From NCBI GenBank assembly GCA_963765765.1, contig CAVXYC010000002.1:64001-128000 (forward strand): a DNA stretch of 64,000 nucleotides. The letters are read 5' to 3'. This DNA comes from an uncultured Chloroflexia bacterium (GTDB taxonomy: Bacteria; Chloroflexota; UBA6077; JACCZL01). A model generated the notes under the pieces. The model ran no database searches and was not told the origin of the DNA. It was given only the letters and a program-made list of their open reading frames with translations. This document shows positions 39,923-49,174 of this stretch, piece after piece. The position numbers were made by a program, and so were the translations under genes. Each line of letters starts with the position of its first letter. Positions within the stretch are counted from its first letter, which is position 1.

Positions 39923-40531
39923 CTAAGGCCTGGCCTGCAATGGTGCTTTGCGCTGGTCCGGCTCCGTCGGGTGGCTGTGTTTGAACAAACCGCCCGGTCG
40001 CCAGGGTGTTCCGAGGGCACGGAGCAGGTACCGGTCGAGCCCGATCCAGCCCGCGGTTTTCCACGCCAGCACGAGCCACGTGGAGATAGCAAACAGCAGC
40101 GCGTTTGTGGATGCCGTTCCAGCCATGACGAAGTTCCAATTCAGGAATCCACCGGTAAACGCGGCGATCCCCGTGAATGCGCCCAGGATCAGGGCAATTC
40201 CCACCAAAAGCTCACCGGCAACGACGATCTTCGCGAACCAGGTGTAGGCCTGTACGTCCAGCATCCACTGGATGAAGGCCCGATACCAGTCCACTGCGAT
40301 GACGGGACGTGGATCCAACCTCACTCCGTTCAGCCAATAATCACGGAGGGCTTCGCCGGTCACCGTCCAGTTCGGGTTCTGAAGCTTGGCCCACCCGGAA
40401 GTCAACCACGCGTAACCGAGGTACAGGCGAAGTGGCAGCCAGACCCATGCCAACCGCGTATCGCCAAACAGCGTGCGTGCAATCGGGGGGTCTTCGAGCA
40501 TGAGCGCTTGGCTCCTTGTTTCCTTGGCCAT
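39923..40531 (-). CDS. DoxX/DoxD family membrane protein
   Basis: LRLYLGYAWLTSGWAK, WYRAF, GELLVGIALILG, NWNFVMAGTASTN, GLDRY. Confidence 0.88.
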   Translation of the reverse strand: MAKETRSQALMLEDPPIARTLFGDTRLAWVWLPLRLYLGYAWLTSGWAKLQNPNWTVTGEALRDYWLNGVRLDPRPVIAVDWYRAFIQWMLDVQAYTWFAKIVVAGELLVGIALILGAFTGIAAFTGGFLNWNFVMAGTASTNALLFAISTWLVLAWKTAGWIGLDRYLLRALGTPWRPGGLFKHSHPTEPDQRKAPLQARP

Positions 40532-40771
40532 GATCCATTCTCCAATCGTTGAGGTGATGTGAGCGCCCATCTCTTCAACGCTACTCCGTTACTCAGATCA
40601 TCCCAAGAACTCGAAGCGGCTGTTAGACCCTTAGGTGTAGGAATTGGGTAGGAAGACGGTCTAGAGCACCGCTTGGCTGTATCTAGAGGTTTCGCTTTTT
40701 CATTCGAGGCAGGCATTCGATGCCCAGGCGCGGCTGGGTACGCTGTTAGTAAATGGCGTTGGAGACGACGA

Positions 40772-41155
40772 ATGACTGAGAACGAGCTGGGCCGGCGTAC
40801 GTGGGTGATTGCGGAGGGCTACATTCCGAGCCAAAGTGCCAGCGAGCAACCGAGCCCAGAAATGCTGAGCCACGAAACGGCCTGCATCTTGAACGCCGGC
40901 GATGAGCCAGCGGATGTGGAGATCACACTCTATTTCAAGGACCGCGAGCCCGTCGGACCGTATCGCGTGCGAGTGGAGCCGCGACGGACCAACCATCTTC
41001 GATTCAATGACCTGGAAGACCCGGCGCCCGTTCCTCGCGATTCGGATTATGCGAGCGTGATCCGATCGTCAGCTCCGATCGTCGTGCAGCACACGCGACT
41101 GGATTCGAGGCAGCCACCGCACGCAGTGCTGAGCACAATCGCCTGGGCTGAATGA
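40772..41155 (+). CDS. Sensory rhodopsin transducer (ASRT) family protein
   Basis: GRRTWVIAEGYIP, SHETACILN, YFKDREPVGPY, RRTNHLRFNDL, PIVVQHTRLDSRQ. Confidence 0.88.
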   Translation: MTENELGRRTWVIAEGYIPSQSASEQPSPEMLSHETACILNAGDEPADVEITLYFKDREPVGPYRVRVEPRRTNHLRFNDLEDPAPVPRDSDYASVIRSSAPIVVQHTRLDSRQPPHAVLSTIAWAE

Positions 41156-41190
41156 GGCGCGGTGCCTATGTCACGCTCACGCGCCTCGCG

Positions 41191-42447
41191 TTATCCCACG
41201 GCGGACGGCTCCGCCACCTCTCGGTGGGCCTGCTCAAACTGACGCATGGCGGCGTCGGCCCTTGCAAAATGTTCGTCTGAGAACGCCCACAGACCTGCTC
41301 CACCGAACAGGATCTTAGCGGCCGTCTCTCGGGACGAATTCTTGAGCAGGTTGTTGGAGACCTCGGGAAAATTGGAGTCGAAGTGCGGATAGTCGGTGGA
41401 GATGCACATGCGATCCGCGCCGATGAGTCCGGCTGTCGCTTCGATCTCCGGCTCGCTGCCCTCAACGGCGGCCCAGCAGTGCTGCTGGAAGTACTCCTTC
41501 GGCGTTGATGCCAGATAGGGGGCGTGGGTGTCGCGGTAGTTGGTGTAATCCCACTCGATCCGAGAGAGCAGCCCGGGCACCCACGAGTTCTGTGCTTCCA
41601 GAAAGCCGACCCGGAGTTTTGGATGGAACTCGAACACCCCGCCGATGATCATGGCGATGAGCGCCTGCTGCATCTCGATCCAGTGACTGGCAACATGCCG
41701 ATAGAAACGGTTCTCACCGTAGAGCGTGTTCATGTTGGAGTACCAGGCGCCGGTGCCCTCGTGGAAGCCCCAGGTCACGCCCAGGTCCTCGTGCATCGAG
41801 TAGAGCGCGTCCCAGTAGTTGGAGTGCCAGTAACGTCCGTTCACCAGGTTAGGCCGAATGAACGAGCCCACCGCGCCCAGGTCGCGCACCGCCCGGTGTA
41901 GCTCCTGGCAAGCCAGGTTGACGTCGTGAATCGGCAGCATGGCCGCGAACTTGAGCTGGTCCGGACTGTAGGAGCAGAAGTCGGCGAGCCAGTTGTTGTA
42001 GGCCTGGCAGAAGGCCAGCGAGACTTGCGGGTCCATGTTGTCGCGACCCAACAGACTCAGTCCGGCGGTTGGGAAGAGGACCGCGATATCCACGCCCTCC
42101 ATCTGCATGCCCATGATCTGCGCCTCAGGGCTGTAGTCACGCTCGATCGCGAAGCCAAGGCGGCCGGAGGCGATGATGCGTGAGTTGGACAGCGGCTGTC
42201 GGGCGGCGGCATCGCCACCCTTCGCGGTCTGCTGAGGTGGCTTCATCGGCTTGCGATACTGTTGCATGTCCAGGTCACCGGTGGAGGAGATCCCATCGAC
42301 GATCCATGGCCCGCGTTTAGGTTGGCCATTGGCGTCCACGGGCGTGATGACCCGATCTCTGAAACGAGGATCAAGCCACCTCGTGAATAGATCCGCCGGC
42401 TCGATGATGTGCATGTCGCAGTCGACGAATCGCATGCCGTCTTTCAT
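41191..42447 (-). CDS. Amidohydrolase family protein
   Basis: VDCDMHIIEP, AYNNWL, GFHEG, FLEAQNSW, STDYPHFDS. Confidence 0.9.
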   Translation of the reverse strand: MKDGMRFVDCDMHIIEPADLFTRWLDPRFRDRVITPVDANGQPKRGPWIVDGISSTGDLDMQQYRKPMKPPQQTAKGGDAAARQPLSNSRIIASGRLGFAIERDYSPEAQIMGMQMEGVDIAVLFPTAGLSLLGRDNMDPQVSLAFCQAYNNWLADFCSYSPDQLKFAAMLPIHDVNLACQELHRAVRDLGAVGSFIRPNLVNGRYWHSNYWDALYSMHEDLGVTWGFHEGTGAWYSNMNTLYGENRFYRHVASHWIEMQQALIAMIIGGVFEFHPKLRVGFLEAQNSWVPGLLSRIEWDYTNYRDTHAPYLASTPKEYFQQHCWAAVEGSEPEIEATAGLIGADRMCISTDYPHFDSNFPEVSNNLLKNSSRETAAKILFGGAGLWAFSDEHFARADAAMRQFEQAHREVAEPSAVG

Positions 42448-42592
42448 AGGTGCATCCTCCACGCGTGTCGCTCCGGAAGCCTAGGTTTCCGTCAGAACCA
42501 TGTCAAGGGTGTACTCGGTTCCGCGGCGAATCCCCCTTGGGACCGCTGTCGTCCCAGCTGCCCCGATCCGGATGCTCTGGATGTTGGAATGT

Positions 42593-42706
42593 GCGAGGAC
42601 CCCACCCCAGCCCTCCCCGCCGCGGCAGGGAGGGAGCATGTTTACGAACTTATTAGATCCGGCTCCCTCCCTGCCGCAGCGGGGAGGGCTGGGGTGGGGT
42701 CCTCGC
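42593..42706. repeat. CCCCACCCCAGCCCTCCCC palindromic element, copy 1 (45-bp inverted repeat, one mismatch)
   Basis: GCGAGGACCCCACCCCAGCCCTCCCCGCCGCGGCAGGGAGGGAGC ... GCTCCCTCCCTGCCGCAGCGGGGAGGGCTGGGGTGGGGTCCTCGC. Confidence 0.88.
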
Positions 42707-42777
42707 GCGGGAGCTACATTTTTGGCGTGAGAGAACCAGCCTCAGCGTCGCCTCGTACAACATGCCAGGGACATTCG

Positions 42778-43764
42778 ATGATTTACCGAGTAGCTCGACT
42801 TATCACCGCGGCTGGCATTGCTCTCACGCTTCTCATGGTGCCCCTGTCGGAACCGGGGCGCGCGCACATGTGCACCCCCGATCCGGTGGTGCCGGTGCCC
42901 GGCTCGCTCCTGGTGCCGCGGGCAAGTGGGCTGGCTCGCTTCAGCCTCTCTGAACGCGTTGTGGAAACGCTGCCAATCCTGCCGTCCAATGGTGTTGTGA
43001 GCCAGGTCTCGCGTTCCCTCGATGGCAATCGTCTGGCGGTGTCTCGCTTCTCCCGACGTGACGATGAATCAATCGGCGGTTCCGACATTCTGATCACGGG
43101 GCCGGATGGAGGGGCGGTGATAGATCGGATCGATCGGACGGCACCGGGCGAGATGGTCTCCGCCCCGACTTGGCATCCACGAGGTGGTCTGGTGTTTGAG
43201 CGGTCCACCGTGGCAGGTGGAATAAGCTCGGCGCGCATCGATTGGCGCCAGCAGGATGGGCGCGTGGTGACGGTTGTTGACCACGGAACCGCGCCTTCGA
43301 TATCGCCCGACGGCAGTCAGCTTGCCTATGTGGACACGCCGCTCGGCGACCGATTGATGATGCGCGATCTCGATTCGGGGGATGTGCGCGTGCTCGTTAC
43401 GAACCCTGCGTTTCTGGCGATTGCTTTTCCCCGCTTCTCGCCCAACGGAGAATGGGTGGCGTTCACTGCCGTGGGTGAGCCGGTGGGGCTAGGATTCTCA
43501 TTGGGCGCCTCACGGCTACGTTTCGGCCCTGAGCCAGTCGCCGCCCATGGCATCCCCTGGGATTCCTGGGCTGTGCGCCTATCTACCGGCGCTCTCACGC
43601 GTATCTCTAGCTTCTACGATGACGATCCCGCGGTGGCATGGTCGCCGGATAGCCGCTGGATCGCAATGTATGCGGGTGAGTCGGTCAACATCATCGCGGT
43701 CGATGGCTCGGCCGCCTACTGCGTACTCCCGACTGGCGGGTACGGCGGGTTCGAGTGGATCTAG
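42778..43764 (+). CDS. Secreted TolB-like (PD40) beta-propeller protein
   Basis: Signal peptide, then repeats SLDGNRLA, PTWHP, PSISPDGSQLAY, PRFSPNGEWVAF, VAWSPDSRWIA. Confidence 0.85.
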   Translation: MIYRVARLITAAGIALTLLMVPLSEPGRAHMCTPDPVVPVPGSLLVPRASGLARFSLSERVVETLPILPSNGVVSQVSRSLDGNRLAVSRFSRRDDESIGGSDILITGPDGGAVIDRIDRTAPGEMVSAPTWHPRGGLVFERSTVAGGISSARIDWRQQDGRVVTVVDHGTAPSISPDGSQLAYVDTPLGDRLMMRDLDSGDVRVLVTNPAFLAIAFPRFSPNGEWVAFTAVGEPVGLGFSLGASRLRFGPEPVAAHGIPWDSWAVRLSTGALTRISSFYDDDPAVAWSPDSRWIAMYAGESVNIIAVDGSAAYCVLPTGGYGGFEWI

Positions 43765-43810
43765 AGTCCAACTGATTGATTCCCGAATCGTGCAGTGCAT
43801 TGTGACAATT

Positions 43811-43846
43811 GAAAAGGCCCGTTCTCGATTGAGAACGGGCCTTTTC
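43811..43846. terminator. Bidirectional intrinsic terminator
   Basis: GAAAAGGCCCGTTCTC-GATT-GAGAACGGGCCTTTTC between convergent genes. Confidence 0.85.
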
Positions 43847-43865
43847 TCCGCTGATCTGCTCCGCG

Positions 43866-44708
43866 TTACTTGGTGAACTCGTACACCTGGCTGCGCACCT
43901 GGTTCGTAATCGGGATATTCACGCCCATCGCTCCCAGGGCGGACTGGACGTCACCAACCGTCGTCCCGCTGGTTGGCTCTGGAACGTTGTGATGCCACAT
44001 CAGCGTATTGAGGTTCGGGTTGTCGGTCGTCATGAGCTTCACAGCCATGGCGATATCGAGGGGCTCGTGGGCGCCGCTCATGTGAAAAATCATGAGGTCC
44101 GGCTTGTACATGGAGCCCCAGAGCGCCATCTCTGAGCGCATTGGCGAGCTGGCCATGAAGTAGATGGTGTAGCCGTTCTCGAAGGTGATCATGAAGCTCG
44201 ATGCCTGGCCGCCGTATGCGGTTCGCTCTGTTCGTTCCGGCAGAAGCGAGTCATGGTCCGCGGCGAGCAGCCGCACGGTGATGCCATCGCGAACGAGACG
44301 ATCGCCAGGCCCGATGAATCGTGGCGTTTGGTTTGCGGGCACGCCCTTATCCAGGAAATACGTTCCCAGGCTTCCCGAGCCTACCAGGTAGGCGCCCGTC
44401 TTTATGGCAAGGTCAATCGCCTGGCCCTGTTCATCCTGGTGACCATCGGGGACCAGGATCAGGTCCGCCTGGTTAATGTCGTCCATGCTCACCGTAACTG
44501 ACTGATTTCCGTTGATCCAGGGGTTCAACAGGACGACCTTGCCGCCTGGCGATGTCAAGCGGAAGAAGGAGTGGCCGAAAAACTCCAGCTTTACTGTCCC
44601 CTGGGCGGAAGCCACGGGCGGAATAACAACTCCTGAAGCTGCGGCTAACATCACCGCCAGAGCGCCAATCGCCGCGCGCGTCAGAAACTGCCTCTTGATC
44701 GATCGCAT
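43866..44708 (-). CDS. Secreted MBL-fold protein (UPF0173-like) with atypical metal ligands
   Basis: Signal ending ASAQ, LEFFGHSFFRL, LLNPWI, LILVPDGHQDE, ADHDS, SFMITFENG. Confidence 0.8.
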   Translation of the reverse strand: MRSIKRQFLTRAAIGALAVMLAAASGVVIPPVASAQGTVKLEFFGHSFFRLTSPGGKVVLLNPWINGNQSVTVSMDDINQADLILVPDGHQDEQGQAIDLAIKTGAYLVGSGSLGTYFLDKGVPANQTPRFIGPGDRLVRDGITVRLLAADHDSLLPERTERTAYGGQASSFMITFENGYTIYFMASSPMRSEMALWGSMYKPDLMIFHMSGAHEPLDIAMAVKLMTTDNPNLNTLMWHHNVPEPTSGTTVGDVQSALGAMGVNIPITNQVRSQVYEFTK

Positions 44709-44862
44709 CCCTCACTCCTTCTGCGTTATTCGGGCTGCCCAACGTTCACAGGAGAGTCTGGAGCTTATACGAGCGGACAAACCGAATCGGATTCTGGCCT
44801 GAGCGGTTAAACTGGCGTCATGATGTGGGCGGCGCCGCGGACGAGATCTGTAGCCCGGTCCA

Positions 44863-45877
44863 CTACTGGCTCATCTTGAGAAGCCTCATCGCATTCCCGC
44901 GATAGATTTTCTCCAGCTCCTCTTCCGAGAGGTGAAGATCGTCCACGGAGCGAATGCCCTCGCGGATGAACATCGGGCCGCCCTCGGGATCGAACGGGCA
45001 ATCGCTGGCGAAGACGATGCGGTCGGCGCCGAAGAAGTCCAGACCGCAGCGGAGTGCTGATGCAGAGCCGCCCAGCACCGTATCGGCATAGAACATCTTG
45101 AAGTACTCGATGGGCGTCTTCTTCATGGACTTCAGCAGCTCAGCATCGCTTCCGTCGGCGGATCGACTCCCGAGCTGCGCCCACAGCGTCTCGGCCCGGC
45201 CGGCGAAGAATGGAATCATCGCGCCACAGTGATGCGTGATTAAGTCGCATGGTCGGTAGCTTCTCGAAGAAGCCCGAAAACACCATGCGCGACATGGCCA
45301 CGCTGGTCTCGAACGGCCAGCCAAGCACCTGCCAGATCTCGTACTTCGAGATCGGCTCGTTGACGTAATCGGCGCGAGTGGCCGGCCGGGCCGGGTGCAT
45401 GAAAATCGGCAGGTCGTGCGTGTTGGTAACGCGCTCGAATACAGGGAATAGCTCTGGCTCATCCAGTGGACGACCATTCACATTGGTGCAAACTTGCACT
45501 CCGCGGGCGCCGAGCGTGGTGATCGCTCGGTCCATCTCCGCCAGCGCCGCGTCAACGTTGTTCATCGGCAGCGAGGCGATAAACGCTGGAAACTTGTGCG
45601 GCCATTTGGAAACCATCTCGGCCATGCCGTCGTTGGCGAGGCGAGCCAGCTCAGGCGCGAGCTCTGGTCCGCCCACCAGCTCGGGGGAGGGCAGCGAGAG
45701 CGTCAGCACCTGCTGCACATCCGGAAACTGCTCGTCGAGCATCTGCACGCGCGCCTCGATATCCCAGAGCATGCGCAAGCTGCTCATCCGTTTGATGATG
45801 CCCTCGTCCTTCGAGTGCTGCTTCATCATCTCGAGATAGGCTTGCGGCATGACGTGATTGAAGATGTCGATCTTCAT
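44863..45877 (-). CDS. Amidohydrolase family protein (ACMSD/decarboxylase-like), frameshift near 45245
   Basis: MKIDIFNHVMP, ANDGMAE, FMHP, ITHHCGAMIPF, FASDCPFDPEGG. Confidence 0.88.
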
Positions 45878-45983
45878 GAGCCCTCCTTCCCTTCGAGCCC
45901 CGATCATAGTGGCCTGGAAGCGCGCGCGTCCCGCCCGATCCAATCAGGATGCGTTCGCGGCCGAGCGCTGGATAACTGCAAGA

Positions 45984-46086
45984 ACCCCACCCCAGCCCTC
46001 CCCGCTGCGGCAGGGAGGGAGCCGGATTCTCGTATTACTGAGACACGGCTCCCTCCCTGCCGCAGCGGGGAGGGCTGGGGTGGGGT
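45984..46086. repeat. CCCCACCCCAGCCCTCCCC palindromic element, copy 2 (perfect 41-bp inverted repeat)
   Basis: ACCCCACCCCAGCCCTCCCCGCTGCGGCAGGGAGGGAGCCG ... CGGCTCCCTCCCTGCCGCAGCGGGGAGGGCTGGGGTGGGGT. Confidence 0.88.
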
Positions 46087-46167
46087 CCCTCCGCGCGCTT
46101 CCCGACGGCGTCGCTCTTCGCAGGTTGAGGCCGCAACTGCTACTCTACGACCTCACGAGACTACAAT

Positions 46168-48157
46168 ATGACCGACATCCAACAGGGCGACATCCTCTGG
46201 GAGCCCACTGAGGAGGCTACTCGAGCGGTCCACACTCGCCCGCTACATCCGCTGGCTCGCAGAGACTCGCGGCTTGCACTTCAACGACTACCAGGATCTG
46301 TGGCATTGGTCCGCCACGGAGATCGAAACGTTCTGGGAGTCCATCTGGCAGTTTTTCGACGTGCAAGCCTCTCGGCAGCCCGAATGCGTCCTCGTTGAAC
46401 GAACGATGCCTGGTGCCAGGTGGTTTCCCGGCGCCGAGCTGAATTACGCCGAGCATATCTTTCGACGTCGTACCGATGACCGCCCCGCGCTCGTTTTCGA
46501 ATCGGAGCTACGACCGCTGGGAGAGATGTCCTGGCAGGATCTCGAAGGACAGGTAGCGTCCGTCGCGAAGAGACTGAAAGCGATGGGCGTCCAGCGTGGC
46601 GACCGGGTAGTGGCGTACATGCCCAACATTCCGGAGACGGTCGTCGCGTTTCTTGCCTGTGCCAGCCTCGGGGCTACGTGGTCATCATGCTCGCCTGACT
46701 TCGGTGATCATTCAGTGATCGATCGCTTTCGTCAGATTGAGCCCCTGGTGCTCTTCGCCACGGATGGGTATCGCTACGGTGGTAAGGACTTCGATCGACG
46801 TGACACCGCCGCGGCGCTGCTGGATGCGCTGCCTACGGTGAAGCACGTCGTCACCGTGCCGTATCTCAATGCCGATTGGACTGGCGCCGATCTACCCAGT
46901 GCCACTCCCTGGGCGGACATGCTGACGAGTCAGAACGCGACCCTCGAGTTCGAGCAGGTGCCGTTCGACCATCCGCTCTGGGTGCTGTACTCATCCGGCA
47001 CCACAGGGCACCCCAAAGCATTCGTCCACGGCCACGGCGGCATTCTGTTGGAGAGCCTCAAAATGCACGCGTTCCACATAGGTCTCCAGCCGGATGATCG
47101 ATTCTTCTGGTTCACATCCACCGGTTGGGTCATGTGGAACATCTTGCTCAGTGGACTCCTGCACGGGTCCACCATTGCACTCTTCGATGGCAACCCCGGT
47201 TACCCCGACCTCAATCGCATCTGGCGCTTCGCCCAGGATGCTGGCATCACCGTGTTCGGTACGAGCGCAGCGTTCCTCACGGCCTGCAACAAGGCCGAGC
47301 TTACCCCTTCGGCCAATTTCGATCTGAGCCGCATCCGCCATCTCGGCTCCACCGGATCGCCACTTCCGGTTGAGGGATTCGCCTGGGTGTACCAGCACGT
47401 GAATCCCAACCTCTGGCTCGGCTCGATCAGCGGCGGCACAGACGTGGTCTGCGGATTCGTCGGTGGCAGTCCGCTGCTACCGGTCCGCGCCGGCGAGCTC
47501 CAGGCTCGCTGCCTGGGCGTCAACGTCCAGTCCTGGGATGACGCCGGTAAGCCACTGATTGGTCAGATGGGCGAGCTGGTGGTGACCGAGCCAATGCCGT
47601 CCATGCCGCTGCGCTTCTGGGGTGATGAGGGCGATCAACGCTACCACGAGAGCTACTTCGACGTCTTCCCTGGAGTCTGGCGCCACGGCGACTGGATCGA
47701 GATCACCGATCGCGGCACGGCCATCGTGTACGGCCGCTCGGACGCCACCCTCAATCGTCTCGGCGTACGCATGGGCTCAAGCGAGATCTACAGCGCCGTC
47801 GAATCAGTCCCCGAAGTGCTCGATAGCCTGATCATCGGCCTCGAGCTTCCCCACGGCGGCTACTTCATGCCGCTTTTCGTCACCCTCCGAGAAGGCGTAC
47901 TTCTGGATGACGATCTCAAGACCGCGATCAAATCGCAGATCCGCACATCGCTCTCCCCGCGCTATGTCCCGGACGAGATCTACGCCGTTTCAGAGATCCC
48001 CAGAACGCTGAGCAACAAGAAGATGGAAGTCCCTATCAAGAAGCTCTTCATGGGTTTGCCACTAGACAAGGTGGCCGACTTGGACGCCGTGCAGAACCCT
48101 GCGGCGCTAGAGCACCTGGCAAGGCTGGCGGCGGACCTTGACCTGTACGGAAGGTGA
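46168..48157 (+). CDS. Acetoacetyl-CoA synthetase (acetoacetate-CoA ligase), frameshift near 46230
   Basis: ILWEP start, WFPGAELNYAE, WSSCSPDFG, YSSGTTGHPK, SISGGTDV, WRHGDW, GRSDATLNRLGVRMG. Confidence 0.92.
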
Positions 48158-48209
48158 TGCTGGTCTCTATCCGCGACTTTGAACTTTGGCCTTTTTGAGG
48201 CAGCGAGGA

Positions 48210-48342
48210 GACCCCACCCCTCCCCGCTTCAGCAGGGAGGAGCAGGAATTGGGGAGATTGTGCGCGAAGGGCCGCTCTCGGGGACGAATTTCTCTCACTC
48301 CCGGTCCCTCCCTGCCGAAGCGGGGAGGGCTGGGGTGGGGTC
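48210..48342. repeat. CCCCACCCCAGCCCTCCCC palindromic element, copy 3 (degenerate)
   Basis: GACCCCACCCCTCCCCGCTTCAGCAGGGAGG ... TCCCTCCCTGCCGAAGCGGGGAGGGCTGGGGTGGGGTC. Confidence 0.8.
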
Positions 48343-48409
48343 CCTCCGCGCTCCAGACAATCAATCTCGCAGAAGCACTCTCAGTAACACCACCCAAAGG
48401 AGGAATTAC

Positions 48410-49132
48410 ATGTCCGACAGACTCTCAACCGTCAAAGCCCTGACCTTCGACGTCTTCGGCACGGTCGTGGATTGGCGCAGCAGCATCACCCGTGAAGGCG
48501 AGGCGCTCGCCAGCCGACTTGGCATCCAGGGAGTCGACTGGGCCGCGTTCGCGTCCGCCTGGCGAGCTAAATATCAGCCCGCGATGACGCGCGTGCGCTC
48601 GGGCGAGCGGCCCTGGACCAAATTAGACGATCTCCACCGCGAGAGCCTGGAAGAGACGCTCGCCGAGTTCAAGATCACCGGACTCAGCGAGGATGAGCGG
48701 GACAATTTCAACAGGGCCTGGCACCGCCTGGACCCGTGGCCGGACTCCGTGCCCGGACTCACCCGGCTCAAGCAGAAGTACGTCCTCGCCACGCTGTCCA
48801 ACGGCAACGTCGCGCTCATGGTGAACATGGCCAAACGCGCCGGCCTACCCTGGGACGCCATCCTCGGTGCCGAAGTCGCCCACCATTACAAGCCGCAGCC
48901 CGAGTGCTACCTTACAACCGCCGCGCTCCTCGGCCTTGAGCCCGAAGAGTGCATGATGGTCGCCGCCCACAACAGCGACCTCAAAGCCGCCACCAGCCTC
49001 GGCTTCCGCGCCGCCTTCGTCCCCCGCCCCACCGAGCACGGCCCCGGCCAGACCACCGACCTAAGCCCAGCGCAGGAGTGGGATGTGGTGGCGGAGAGCT
49101 TCGAGGATCTGGCGGGGAGGCTTGGGTGTTGA
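48410..49132 (+). CDS. Haloacid dehalogenase type II (HAD family)
   Basis: FDVFGTVVDWR, LSNGN, YKP, MVAAHNSDL. AAGGAGG RBS. Confidence 0.92.
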   Translation: MSDRLSTVKALTFDVFGTVVDWRSSITREGEALASRLGIQGVDWAAFASAWRAKYQPAMTRVRSGERPWTKLDDLHRESLEETLAEFKITGLSEDERDNFNRAWHRLDPWPDSVPGLTRLKQKYVLATLSNGNVALMVNMAKRAGLPWDAILGAEVAHHYKPQPECYLTTAALLGLEPEECMMVAAHNSDLKAATSLGFRAAFVPRPTEHGPGQTTDLSPAQEWDVVAESFEDLAGRLGC

Positions 49133-49174
49133 AGCGCGGAAGCAAACAAGGCCATTTCAGGACAGCGTTATCAG

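Noticed and set aside
42409-42777. Long N-terminal extensions on the 42409 and 48179 ORFs containing PTPALP...SLPAAAGRAGVG
   Set aside because: These are translations of the palindromic repeat; better starts are 42778 (signal peptide) and 48410 (strong RBS).
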